Source of the DNA: the human T2T-CHM13v2.0 reference genome, Homo sapiens
Assembly: GCF_009914755.1 (NCBI RefSeq)
Contig: NC_060935.1
DNA: 64,000 nucleotides
Direction: 5' to 3' (one strand)
Position numbers and translations under genes: made by a program. Within the stretch, counting starts at the first letter, position 1; every line of letters starts with the position of its first letter. Shown one piece after another: positions 40,801-54,493 of this stretch. A model generated the notes under the pieces. That model had not been told where the DNA came from and made no database searches. It saw nothing but the letters and a program-made list of their open reading frames with translations.

Positions 40801-41487
40801 GGCAGGCCGCACAGGACTTGATGACTGATTGTGGAGGTGGTGGAGAGCTGTCATGAGAAGGACAGGGAAGAGAGGGCCATCACCCATTTCTGCACCAGGA
40901 GACCAGGCAGAGCAGTCAGGGTAATTTGTGGCTCACGGGGAAATGTCCACAGATCAGAGATGCTTCTCCTGTCTGTAGATGGGGCAGTCACAACTGCCTC
41001 CCAGGAGAGAGTGTGATAGGCCACAGGAGCCAGCATCCAGGCAAGAATGGTATACGATGATCGCCTATGCGTTATGTCATAGAAAATGTTAGTGTCTGGA
41101 GGCTGGACACATCCTGGACACACGCCAACTTGGGCCAGGCCTTTCCGGTGGGGACAGGACCCTGAGATCTGCTGTTTCACGATGCACAGGGGCCAGGTTC
41201 CATATCCTGGAGCCCACACTCTGCACTTGACAGAGCCAAAAACCACATCCAGCTCCCCAGTGCGCCAGTGAGAAATGGAGAGTTGTTGAAGAACTCTCTT
41301 TGTGCTTCAGTCATTCAGGGAAGTTTCCCACGTGGGACTCCTCCGTGGGGTGCCCCATCACTCCATGTATCCCCCTCCTCCCTCTCCCTGCTGGGCAGCG
41401 GAGCCCCGGGAGCCTGCGGGCTGGGGAGGGGCCCACGAGTCTCCTGGGTTGCCAGAGGGGCTCCTGGTTCACTCTGGAACAACTTGC

Positions 41488-41501
41488 CTGCCCCCTAGTG
41501 G
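41488..41501 (-). promoter_or_regulatory. CTCF core motif
   Basis: Minus strand CCACTAGGGGGCAG matches the CTCF core consensus CCASYAGRKGGCRS. Confidence 0.6.
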
Positions 41502-42499
41502 ATTGCTCAAAGAGTCTCTCAGGCCGCGGAAACCTGCGCTGGTCCTGATGGAGAGACTGGGGCCTCCAGCAAGAGGGACTTGTGCAGGGAAGGCCAGGTC
41601 AGAGCCTACATGGGAGGTGGCATGGCCAGCCCTTGAGAAGGAGCCGGGCTTGGGTGTCCCACAGCCCCGGGGAACGCAGCAGCCCATTTGGTTTGTCAGT
41701 CTCCTCTCAGAGCCTCGTGTCCTCACCACTCAATGAAGATGCAGGGTCCTGAGACGGTGCACACAGCAGGTGCTCAGTACATGTGTGGCCTTTCCCTCCT
41801 TCTCTGTGTCACTTCACCTCCCATTCTATGAGAGTGTAGACTCCACTCTGTCTTTTGAGCAAATCTTGATTGTCATGCACGTGGATTTCCTTAAAGGGAG
41901 GCTCACCTGCCACCACAGTAGCCTCCTTCACCTCCCCTGATCTGTCATATTTCTTCCCCACTGAACTTTACTGGCCAGACCCTGGGGTCACACAAACAGG
42001 GTTCAGATCCACCTTTGCCCTCCAGAAGCCCCCTTCTGCAGGGAGAGGCTGACACAAGACCATACCTAGAGTGTAGTCAGTGATGGACAGGGTGGCCCAG
42101 GGCTGAGGGGCCAGAGGAGGTCCCCCTCCCACAGCACGTTGGGATGAAAGGGAGTGTGTCAGGGAAGGATTCCTGGAGGCAGTGGCAGAGGAACAGAGAT
42201 TTGGAGAGGAAGGAGTTAGCCAGAAGGAGTGGGAAACAGGGAGCTGGGAAAGAGCCTCCAGGCCGGTGCAGGGGTTGGAGGTGAGGGCATCCACTGCAGC
42301 ATAAGGGCAGTGGTGAGCAGAGGCAGGGCTGCGAGGGGAGCCATGAGCTGACATGCTGCCTGTGCCTGGTGTGCCGGGATCCCAGCTAAGCATCAGATCA
42401 ACCAAGCTCAGATGCAGAGAACAGCAGAGGAGAAACCAAAAGGCGACCTCAGGAGCTGGCATTGCGGGAGGGGAGATTATTTATTCGATGCCTTTGGGC

Positions 42500-42920
42500 T
42501 AGTTAGTTCCTTAATTTGTTCATTCATCAATTCAGCTTTCTCGTACATGCCTCTTCCTGGGCATTGGACTAAAGGAAGGAACTAGATAAGGTCCCTCCTG
42601 TCAAGTGAGGATCAGGCATGGCAGCTACTAATTCCATACCGAGGAGGACTGGGAAAGGGTTTCAGGAGAAGGTGGCATTTTAGGTGGACTTTGAAGGATG
42701 TAGAGGCATTCACCAGGTGTTGAAAAAGGGACAAGTCATCTAGGTAGAGAAAATAACAAGAGCAAAGATGCCGCATCATGAGGGGTTTGCAGAAGTGTAA
42801 GGAGTGTGTCATAGCCAAACAGTTGGTTGTGTAGGGGGCAGATGAGGTGGGGCCAGCATGTGTAGGGCCTTGAATGCCAGGCTAAAGTATTTGGGCTTTT
42901 CTAAGGAGTCCATCTCAAAG
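42500..42920 (-). mobile_element. L2 fragment
   Basis: ttcattcatcaa 3' end, gaaggtggcattt..gactttgaagga, ggccttgaatgccaggctaa. Confidence 0.7.
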
Positions 42921-43715
42921 TGTGCCCACCTGCAGAACCAGGGACCAAGCAATTCCAGATCACCCAGCCCTGCAAGGACCTTCTGGAAGCCCATAGCTCC
43001 ATCTGCCATAGTGAGAACCCAACCTCTAGAAATGCCAGAATGTCCCCTTGCTGGGAATGTACTCCAAGGGACAGGTGAATGGTCACAGGCTGCTGGGGGG
43101 AAGGCAGGGGGCCTTCATTGGCACCAGCTGGCATTGACTCATCATGAAAGCCATGACTTGGGGCTCCATCTCTGGGGTCCCATCTGAGCATGTGCATGGA
43201 AGCCCATGCGAATGCCGTGCTGGCTCCTCCTGAGGGCTTCCTCAGACTCACCTGGAAGGTGCTGTCCTCACCCCTGTTCTGCAGAAGAGGAAGTTGTGTG
43301 CTCACTGAGGCTGCCTCCCCTGGGAACCCTCCAGGGACCATTGCTGTTTTTCTGGGCTTTTGTAGCCCTGCATCACCACCTCAGATCAGGAGACAGATGG
43401 GCTGACACATACAAGGCACTTCATCCTCCAAGCCTCCAGTTCCTCATCTGTAAAGTGAGCAAATAACTCTCATTTTAGAGAGTGGGCATGGTTGAGACAA
43501 TATGCATGAAGCTCCTGGCACACACCTGGCCCACAGCAGGTAGCAGGTAAGTGGGGAAATAAATGAGACATAAAGCCTCCCAGGAGGAAACGGCCAGCCC
43601 CGGACTGGGGCATGATGCAGGATCCAGGTGGGCATGGGCCTTCTTCCTTTGTCCCTAGCTGATGGAGGAAGGTTAGAGAGAGGTGAGAACCCTGGTGTGT
43701 GTTGTGGGGGGGAAA

Positions 43716-43893
43716 TATGGTTTGGCTGTGTCCCCACCCAAATCTCATCTCGAATTGTAATCTGAATGACGTGTCAAGGGAGGGATCTGGTGGGAGGTGA
43801 TTGGATCATGGGGGTGGTTTCCCCAGGCTGGTCTCATGGTAGTGAGTGAGTTCTCATGAGATCTGGTTGTTTTGTAAGTGTCGGGCGCTTCCC

Positions 43894-43927
<34 letters not shown>

Positions 43928-44090
43928 ACCATATAAGAGTTGCCTTGCTTCCCTTTGCCTTCTGCCATGATTGTAAGTTTCCTGAGGCCTCCGCAACCAT
44001 GCAGAACTGTGAATCAATTAAACCTCTTTTGTTTATGAATTACCCAGTCTCAGGTAGTATCTTTATAGCAGTGTGAAAACAGACCAATGT
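43716..44090 (+). mobile_element. THE1D/MSTA-like MaLR solo LTR with internal (CT)n
   Basis: tatggtttggctgtgtccccacccaaatctcatctcgaattg...ccatgattgtaagtttcctgaggcctcc...gcagtgtgaaaac. Confidence 0.92.
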
Positions 44091-44910
44091 AGGGAGTCTA
44101 GTTACATGCAGTATGTCAGCTCTGGAGCCAGAGTTTCCTCCTAGAGTCCTTAGGAGCCTCTAAGAACAGAGCTGACTCAGCCCTTCTCAGCAAGGGCAGT
44201 TGAGGGAGTGAGCAGAGGGGCAAGAGCTGCTCCCACCATACAGCCTTCCAGAGGGCCCAAGAGCATGAAGACCCATGGCTGAATCTAGACACACCCTGAC
44301 AAACAGCACACATGCACACAACAGGTACTTGGACACACATCACACATATGGATACACATGGTATGCACACAGATACATGTGTCACTGCCCCAGATTTTGG
44401 GACAGGAAGGGATGTACCACTGCCCCAGATTTTGGTGCTCAGACACGCTCAGACACATAACATACACAGTAAAGCCACATACATGTAGACACACCAAGGC
44501 CATAAATGCATGTACACAGAAACACACGGACACATAAATGCACATATACACAGACAACATGCACAGATGCCCACAGATGAGCACATACATGCAGACACAG
44601 ACACAATGACAACCCACACATGTCCACAGGCATAGGCACAGGCTCACTGTCACTTGCCTGCAAAGGTCCCTTTCAGCTCTGGTGTCCACTTAAATATACA
44701 AGGTCACACAGATCTGTTCACCCACCCCACCCCCCAAGTCACATCTGCACCACACTTCTTAGCTGAGCGTGTGTTCACACGCACTGCCTCCTTGATCTAA
44801 CAGCAGCCTCATAAGGCAGTTAGGGCAGGGGCCTGGACCCTCCTGTGCAGCGAGGAACAGAAGGCCTAGAGGCGCCAACAGACCAGCCTGGGCCACTTGG
44901 CTCCTGGCGG

Positions 44911-45268
44911 GTGTCTTAGTCAGCTTGGGCTGCTGTAACTGAATAACACAGATTGGAGGGCTTCAACAATAGATATTTGCTTCTCACCGTTTTGGAGCTT
45001 GGAAGTCCCAGATCAAGGTGCCGTCAGGGCCTGGCACTGGTGAGGCCTCTCTTACAGGTTCGCAGATGGCCCCTTGTTGCTGTGCTCTCCCTTGGTGGAA
45101 AGAGCTAGCTCACTGGCCTCTTCTCACAAGGGCACTAATCCCATTTGTGAGGGCTCCAGCCTTATAATCTGATCACCTCTCAAAGGTCCCACCTCCTAAG
45201 CCATCACATTGGGACTGGGGTTTCGACATAGGAATGTGGGCGGAGAACACAGGCCTTCAGTCCACAGT
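44911..45268 (-). mobile_element. MLT1A-like solo LTR
   Basis: tgtcttagtcagcttgggctgctgtaac...ggaagtcccagatcaaggtgcc...aagggcactaatccca. Confidence 0.85.
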
Positions 45269-46737
45269 AGGAAAGGGGAGTCCTGGTTGAGCTCCAGTCT
45301 CCTCCTGCCCAGCTGTGGTGCCAGGGCACAAACCCATGCATATGCTCATGGATGCTCACGGCAGACACACAGCTATGCACCCAGAGGGGCTTCAGGAGTC
45401 ACCTAGACCATGTACTCATTTTACAGATGAAGAAACTAGAGCCCTGAGAGAAAATCCATAGCCCTAAAGGGGGCCACCCAGAGGGCCTGTGGAGAAACCA
45501 GGGCCACATCTCTGTCCCTTTCCCCCACCCCACCCCACAGCTGTCCCACACACACAGACACAATCACACACAAGCCATGGGCACATTCCACAGATACACG
45601 CGTGCAGATCCTCCCTGTTCAACACTCCTGCAGGCTCGCAGGGTCAGATGTGGTGTTTCCACAGTCCTCTCATTTAACTCTCATGATGATATGGGATGTA
45701 AGAGTAACTGGCTCCGTTTTGCATTTCAGGAAACTGAGGCATAGAAAGGTTAGGCCCAAAGTTGCACAAGTAGGGACAGGCAGTGGCATCTCCCAAAGCC
45801 AATTCTACAATCACCATCACATCCTTACATACCTCTTGTCTCTTACACACACACGCACACACACACACACACACACACAGGGGCACCCTGGCGTCTGTGG
45901 GCACAGCAGCCCTCAGGCAGAACATTTTCCCAACAACCACCACTTCAAAGTTTTCGTACCAGCTCCCCGCTCCTAAGGGGTCTTTTGAGGAAAGGATAAG
46001 TTTGTTTGGGGCTTAACCTGCCCACTTGGCCCCGCCCCTCTCCCCTCAGTTGGGGAAATGAATTCCACGTGTGCCTGATCTTGCCTGCTCTGAAATCACC
46101 CGCGAGGATTTGGTGAGCACTCTTTGATGTTGGAAGCCAATTTAATAAGTTGGCTGTTGGGTTTTTTTTTTTCTTTTTTTTTTTTTCTGTAAGACAGAAC
46201 TCTCATCTCAGTTTCCTGAAAACTGAGGAATTCTCACCTTCCCTCCTCCATCTTGAGTTTCTGAGTTCCTGTGTCCCAAGGCCTGGACTCCTGACACAGT
46301 GCTCACAGACACCCGAAGGTTTAGGCTGCCTTGGGGAGGAGAGGCAGGGAAGGAGGCAACGTGCTGGTTTGGGGAGGAGAGGCAGGGAAGGAGGCAGCGC
46401 ACTTTGAGCATTTCCTATGGGCCAGGCCCTGTGTTAGAAGCTCTGAATCCTCTCAATGCCCCTTTCAGAGATGACAAAACAGATATGTTGCAAGTGGGAG
46501 GCCAGCTGAGCCTGGAGCCCTCGTCTGCCTGGCTTCTCTTCCTCGTCCTAGCCTTGCTTCTGCCCAAAGCAGCTGTGCCACCTGGGGCAAATGACCTCCT
46601 CCCCCTGGGCCTTGGGCCCTGCAGCCAGCAGTGGGCACAGGGCTCCTCAGGGTCGGCTCTCATGGTAATGAGCTCTCTGCATCAAAACCATTTGCCGAGG
46701 ACAAAGCACCATGTGAAAGGAGGGGAGGGTTTCTATT

Positions 46738-46743
46738 TTTATT
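46738..46743 (-). terminator. GUCY2EP: Candidate ancestral GUCY2E poly(A) signal AATAAA
   Basis: Plus-strand tttatt, ~205 nt past the terminal TGA (46950-46952). Confidence 0.55.
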
Positions 46744-46949
46744 GTTTTGGTGTTGAGAGGCAAGTTCAGCTCTAGGATTCTTATGGGAATGCATCAATTA
46801 CTATCACTCTGGGCACTTAGTAACAAGCACCAGGTTGGCCACCAGGGAGCTCAGCAAGGAAGTCTTTGAAGGAAGTGGAGCAGGGAGGGGGAAGGGGTAT
46901 CCACAAGAGGCTCCGCGCTGGTGCAGGCACCTGCCCCACACCGTTCTAC

Positions 46950-47058
46950 TCAGGGCCTGGCCAAGCTCTTCCCGGAGCTCTGGGTCCCTGCCGTGTCCTG
47001 ATGGGCTTTGGCAAAGTCTGCCCTGATTTCTTGGTTTATGAAGTCTTACTAAGGGTCT
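46950..47058 (-). pseudogene. GUCY2EP: GUCY2EP last coding exon with two premature stops
   Basis: ttttctccAG|A GAC CCT TAG TAA GAC TTC ATA AAC CAA GAA ATC... = DP**DFINQEIRADFAKAHQDTAGTQSSGKSLARP*. Resembles the rodent GC-D C-terminus (DPWQDLINQEI..FAK, from memory). Confidence 0.85.
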
Positions 47059-47978
47059 CTGGAGAAAAAGGAGAAACAAGAATCACAAAGCGACCACTGA
47101 AAGCCACAGTCGTAGCTTTTACAGCCCCACCCTGCTGACGGGGAGCTCCTTTCACTTCCTTCGTGCTCCTGGGCCGCGAGCAGCCCGGCCATGGGCACAC
47201 GCCACCTGCCCTGCCTTGAACTTTAGGGATCTGAGGCTGGGAAAGGTGAAGTGTCTTTTCCAAGGCCATGCCGTTGCTGATTCATCTGCAGGTGTGGCTT
47301 CAAGTACAGTGGCCTCCTAGGAGATGGGGAACTACCCCAGCTTCCACCCCTACTCAGGACATGACCTTGGGCGGCTGGGAGGCCATGGTGAGGGCTTCTG
47401 TGACTCCCAGGTAATATACAGATCCAGGGTAGGGACCATGGACTCCTACACACTTTCCTTTTCTCACTTGCTGCCCACAGGTGCCAGGAACAGGGTGGAG
47501 CTGGGTCACTGCCGTTACCCAGAGAAGAAAGCCAGGCTCTGAGGGACAGCCAGGGTCTCGCAGCAACCTGGCTGGCAGGGGAGGTTTTTGCGCCTGTTTT
47601 GCGGGGGCAGAGGAGAGAGGGGGCCACTGTGTGGAGTGTCTCTGTGATGTCTCACGAAAAGTGCTTCTGTGGGCACTGCTGCTTGAGTTTGTGGCTACCC
47701 CAAGACATGGTTGCGGGGGGTATGGGGGGGCCCTTTGTTCCCTCCCCCGATCTCCACCAGCCTCCTCAAAATCCCCAGATAGAAAGATAAATCACTTCTG
47801 CAGATATGGGAAATACATAAAGTGGGGATAAAAACATTTTTAGGAAACTTGGCTTCAAAAAAATAAAAATCAAATTATAACATACAGTGCAAGCAAAAAT
47901 TTGGTAACTGCTTTGTAAATGCGGCTCCAAGACAAGTTCTTATCCAGCCTGTCCTGTCCTGAGCCCCTCCTGCAGAGA

Positions 47979-47981
<3 letters not shown>

Positions 47982-48019
<38 letters not shown>

Positions 48020-48041
48020 TGTCTGTCTGTCTGTCTGTCTG
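47982..48041. repeat. (TG)n(TCTG)n microsatellite
   Basis: Directly visible. Confidence 0.97.
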
Positions 48042-48930
48042 TGATCTCATCTCCAGACAAGTAGAGGGGCACGTGGTGTTCCACACCCATGACGAGTGTG
48101 TGCACCTGGTGAGCTTATGTGCAGGACTGGGGTGCAGAGACCCTCCCCTGCCTGCCTGGAGGTCTGGGAGGCTCCCACGTCAGGTGGTGCCCACTGCAAC
48201 TAACCTCTGCTCTCCTCTCTCCCTCTAAGCCAAGAAGATGAAAACATTTCTGGCACTTTCTAAAGTTTCTGTCCAGAAAAGCCATCAGCTGAAGGGGCGC
48301 AGGATGACAAATGGCTGCCGGATCTGCAGGTTCCGGGTTCTGAGACAGGGTGGGCAGGGTGAGGGCTGGGAGCTGGGATTTTCAGTAGTGCCTGAAGGGA
48401 CAGACTGGGGCAGGGGACTTGGTGGAAGGCGGCTGGTGCATAGGAGACTCAAGAGGTCACATTCCCTGGGTGCTGAGCACCGATGGACGGATGTGCCGAT
48501 GTCTTGGCGGTCCGGGATCTCCTGAGTCTTACATGGGCAGGGCAAGCTCCGTCAACTGGCAAACAAGAAGTGTCAGTAGTTACAAGTGCTGTGGGGGCCA
48601 CCACGCTGGGAAATGAGCTGCAGGGTGACAGCAGGGCCCATCTAGAGTGTGTGACCTGTGCCACCTCCTGACTGAAGCAGCATTTGACTGAGACCAGGAT
48701 GACAGAAAGGGCATTCCAGGTAGAGGAACAGCAAGAGCAAGCGGCCGGAGGTAGGAAGAACATGGTGTGCTTTAGGGACAGCGAGGAGGCCTGTGAGCAG
48801 GTGGTGAGCAGCAGAAGGTGGCAGGAGAGGCCGGGCCAAGGGGCAGGCACTGGCTGGACAGCGCAGGGCCTTGGAGGCTGCACGAAAGGCTGCTTAGTCT
48901 TAGGGCAATGGGACAGCCCGGAAGGGTTAG

Positions 48931-49267
<337 letters not shown>

Positions 49268-51371
49268 CATGTTTGTATTTTTAAAAGATAATTCTGGCTG
49301 CCGGGTAGAGATGGATGGAAGGGAACTGGCTAGGAGCCCTGCGGCGGGCCACCTGAGAGACGTGGTGGCTTGGGCCAGGGTGGGTGCAGGGAGGTGGAGA
49401 AGCCAGCCGGAGGAGGGATGTGTGATGGAGTGGGGGCTGCTAGGCACACACACATCCTGTGTGCAGGATCTGAGCCTGAGGCCTGGGAGGGGGCAAGGAC
49501 TCCCACCTGCCTCCCCAGAGGCTCTGGAGGCTCCAGACTTGCTAATGGATAGGGGTAGGTGCGGAGACGCCAGGAGCTTGGCATGGTGTTGGGCTGTCTG
49601 ACTGGGGATGCTGGAGGACCAGGTTTCAAGGGTTGCTGGAGCTTTGCAATCCGTGGTGCTGTGAAGCCCCAGAAGGAACCATTGAGTGAGCAGCCAGAGC
49701 TACGGGAGCCTGGTGCCCAGTGGGGTGGGAGCCCGAGACGTGTACTGGGTGTCGTTAGTGTCTGGGTAGACAGGGAGGCCCCAAGAAGGGGAGGATGAGC
49801 TGGTGCCAGAGGAGGAGGCCAGGGAAGAAAGAGCTTTTAGGAAAAGGAGGGCAGCAGGGCGAACGCTGCTGAGCAGTCAGGTTGAGAACTGAAACTGCCC
49901 CCGGATCTGGTGACATGGACGGAGGTCACCGGAGACCTTCCGAAGAGCCCTCTGGCCCGAGGGGGTGGAAGTCAGACTGCGGGGGCCGAGGAGGGAGTGG
50001 GAGGTGAGGAAGTGAAGTCAGCGGCAGCCGCCAGCTCCTGAGAAGTTGAGCTCTGAGTGGAGATGAGCAGTGGGGTGGGCGCTGGTAGGGAGGCAAGGCC
50101 AGAGGAGGGCTCACTCCTCAGGACACAGGGAGGAGAACAGGAGGAGAGGCCCTCCACGTAAGGGAAGGGAGAAGAGGGCCACGGGGGAGCTGAGGACTGA
50201 GTCCAGCCACAGAGCCCAACGGGCCCAGACAGGAGCAAGATCTGCCACACAACAGTCAGGGCCAGGCCTGAGCCCTGTGTTCACATCACGCTGCCTGTCC
50301 CGCAGGCCATCCATCACTCTGCAAAGGAGAAGGGCCCCAGCCGTGTGAAGGCCTTTCTACCAGTGCAAGCTGGCTCTGCCTCTAAGAGGCTGGCGTGTCC
50401 CTGTGAAAAGGGTGTCCCTGTGTGTCTGCACCCCGGGAGGCTCGCCATCCTATGCTGGCGTCTGCCCACGCACTCACTCTCTTTCCCTCTCCCCCTTGCT
50501 GGGAGCCCCTCTGGACCCTGATGTGTGTGGCAAGGGGGAACTCAGATGAACGGCAGCAACTCCTGCCCTGAGGCACCGCTGTGCCCCAGGCTCCCTGGGG
50601 TCCCAAGGCCTTGGCCCCCCAACAGCAGGAGGGGAAAGGCTGCTGTGACCTGCCCTGTTCACATCAGTCCCGCCTGGTTGGAGGATGCTCAGCCTGGGCT
50701 GCTCCAACTGTGGTCCCTTCCCAGGAAGCCCATATTGCTTGTCTTTGAGGGATGGGAAGAGGTGGCCTTGGGTGGGGGGCTATCTTGGAAGAACTGAGCA
50801 GAGCCCGTTGGAAGTTTTGATGAAGGGTGCATTCTGGGCAGGGAGACAGCAAGCCTGAGCTCTGGCCCAGGCACTGATGTGGTGGCAATGTAGCACGCCA
50901 GGTGGGTCCCTGCCCTTCCCCACGCTCAGCCTCCCTACCAGTGCAATCAGCCAGTCAGCCTCTATGGTCTCTGGGACCTTCTTGGCAATTGGCGACACCT
51001 GTGCCCCTTGCCCTCCGACCCTCTGCAGACTGCCTGCCCACTGATGGGGTGGAAGTGGGTAGGGAAGAGCACTTTGAAGTAAAATGTTATTAACTTTTCT
51101 CCCTTCCCCAACCCCATCTATATTGCCCTCAGTGAGGGACATGGGTTCTAGGGGACAGAGGACAGAGGGAAGAGACAAACCACCAAACAGGCACAAGCTC
51201 TCTGAGAATCTGCTTCACAAGGCCCCCAAAATGTGGGTGCTCTTTTTATCTAAAAATTCGTCATCTGCAGAAATAGTCTGAATAGCAATAAATGCATGAT
51301 AATGTTTAGCAAATCATGACCTGTAGTCAGCTCAAAATGGAAAGATTCTGCATTCTCTGCAATAGAGATAG

Positions 51372-51770
<399 letters not shown>

Positions 51771-52075
51771 TACTGTGGGTATGTTTATAAAGTACTCTGA
51801 ACAATACAGGAAGGTGCTCAGGACAGTGAGCTGAGGGCACAGGTCAGGATGAGAAGTGATCTGGGCCACATGACCTCACGCACGCCAAGCACATGAGAAA
51901 CAGGTGTGTAGGAGCCCTGCTGAAGTGCTAACAGCAGCTACCTCCCAGGAGTAGAAAGATGGGGATTATTGAATATTCGAAGAATTCTGTATTTTCCAAG
52001 TTTTCCACACTAGGCGGGAAATACTTTTATAATCAGAAAAACGTCCAAGCTTTTTGGGAAATCTCTCTTACTCAC

Positions 52076-52160
52076 CCAGGTCTGATGTCCACAGGTGCGG
52101 GGAGGGGCCTGGGGAAGCCTGCCTTCCCCCCACCCAGTAGGTCTCTTCGATGCCCTTCCC
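52076..52160 (-). pseudogene. GUCY2EP: GUCY2EP exon, 85 nt, with 1-nt frameshift
   Basis: tcttccAG|GGGAAGGGC...CCTGG|GTGAGT; GKGIEETYWVG/(fs)KAGFPRPLPAPVDIRPG. Confidence 0.92.
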
Positions 52161-52420
52161 CTGGAAGAGAGAGGGAAGGGGATGGGAAGGTCCCTCCCCA
52201 AGCAAACCTCCTCAAGCTGAAGAGCAAGGACAAAATGTGTGATTCAACAGCTCCATGGAGAGCAGCCTAGAGCCTGGAGATTGAAATCCTGGCTCTGCTG
52301 CCTCCTAGCTGTGTGACTTTGGCCAACTTACTTTACTTCTCTGTGCCTCCATTGCCTCAGTACCTCACAAAGTTGTAAAGACTAAATAAGTTAATATTTC
52401 TCTGTTAAAGAAATAACCCA

Positions 52421-52718
<298 letters not shown>

Positions 52719-52987
52719 TCATGAGCCCTGTGATCAGCGGATCTAGAGTGCTAAGATCCCACCATCTGTGATTCTCTCCAGCCTTCACAATGGAAGGACC
52801 TGGTATGGTGGCCTCCCCCGGGGTGGGAATGCAGCTCCTGAAGGTCAGGAGCGAGGGGGCTTGAGAACATGAGGGTCGGGGCTGGCTGGGCTGGAGGTTC
52901 CATGTCCCATCCTGGGCCAGGGCTCTATGGGATGAATATTGTCCTTGGAGCCCTTGGACCAGCCTGAAGAGCCTAAGGTTGGCATGC

Positions 52988-53427
52988 TGCCCTCCCCATA
53001 CCTCTCTGCCCTCCGCACACCTCTCTGCCCTCCACACACCTCTCTGCCCTCCCCACACCTCTCTGCCCTCCGCACACCTCTCTGCCCTCCGCACACCTCT
53101 CTGCCCTCCGCACACCTCTCTGCCCTCCCCACACCTCTCTGCCCTCCGCACACCTCTCTGCCCTCCCCACACCTCTCTGCCCTCCGCACACCTCTCTGCC
53201 CTCCGCACACCTCTCTGCCCTCCCCATACCTCTCTGCCCTCCGCACATCTCTCTGCCCTCCCCACACCTCTCTGCCCTCCCCACACCTCTCTGCCCTCCA
53301 CACACCTCTCTGCCCTCCACACGCCTCTCTGCCCTCCCCACGCCTCTCTGCCCTCCACACGCCTCTCTGCCCTCCCCACGCCTCTCTACCCTCTCCATGC
53401 CTCTCTGCCCTCCCCACAACTCTCTGT
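52988..53427. repeat. 19-bp minisatellite (VNTR), 22 full units plus partials
   Basis: Unit CCTCTCTGCCCTCC(G/C/A)CACA; full units run 53001-53418. Confidence 0.98.
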
Positions 53428-54493
53428 GTCCCTTTCTGGCATAAGTCATCCATTCCTCAGGACGCCCAGTGTTCACCCCCCTAAATAAGACACATCTGCC
53501 CTGACTTATTCCAGCTCACTCTCCCCTAACCCCAGCCATACAGAGCAAAGGATTCCACATTTGCTGGCCTTCACGGGCTGTGTGATCATGAACAAGTTGC
53601 TGCCCGTCTCTGTGCTGCACCCTCCTGCACCGACGTTCCACAGTGTAATGAAGTGAGTCCCATATGGCACCGAATTTCTGGGACCCAGTGCATCAGGCCT
53701 TTAAGCTAGATTGCTCCGGTCTCCCTGCTAGACCTGGCTTCAGCTTAGGAATTTGAGGAAGAGGAGGTGGGGTAGGAAGAAAAGTCACTGAAAGGAATGC
53801 TGTACCATTGCCTTTATAGAATGATAATGTTGAGAGAGAATGCACAGGTTACAGACCTTTCTCTGCCTTTGAGGTAATCATGAGCATTAACAACCCAACA
53901 TTACACTGTAACAGCAGAGAACTGGCCTTGGGACTGGTGGGTACACAGAGAAGGCATGGCAGTCACTGTTTGTGGGGAAGGAGGAGGAAGATGAGTGTTC
54001 CTGGGTCAGGGTAGGCTGCAGTGAGAGGTGATGTCTGATCTGGGATTCTGAGGGATGGGCAGGAGCCCAGCAGTGCTATGGAGAAGGCACAAGCTTTGGA
54101 GCCATGAGATCTGAATTACGAGCTATGTGACTTTGACAAGCCACTCTGCCTCTTTAATTGAATTTTTTCAACTGTAAAATGGGGACAACGATGCTCCTTT
54201 CATTATTACTATGAGTGATAAATATTTTGATGTGTGTTGTACACTGGCGTGCTACACAGACAGGTCATCAGGAGAAGTGACTTCTCTGTCCTGGCCTTTC
54301 CTCTCACAAGGAGCAAGATGGCTCCCAGGAAGCAATGTTTCTTTAGAATTTGGAGAGCATAGAGGGCATGTAAAGGTGACCAGCTACATCCCCAACTTGG
54401 GCAGCCACATCAGTCAGATAAGAATCTTTCCTGCTTCCCACAGAAACTGGATCCTTGGAGACTTTTCCCACAAAGACCACAAAATTCTCTCAC

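Noticed and set aside
40150-41250. Unique-looking stretch as a possible extra exon or pseudogene
   Set aside because: No recognisable protein similarity or convincing splice structure by eye; a translated search would be needed.
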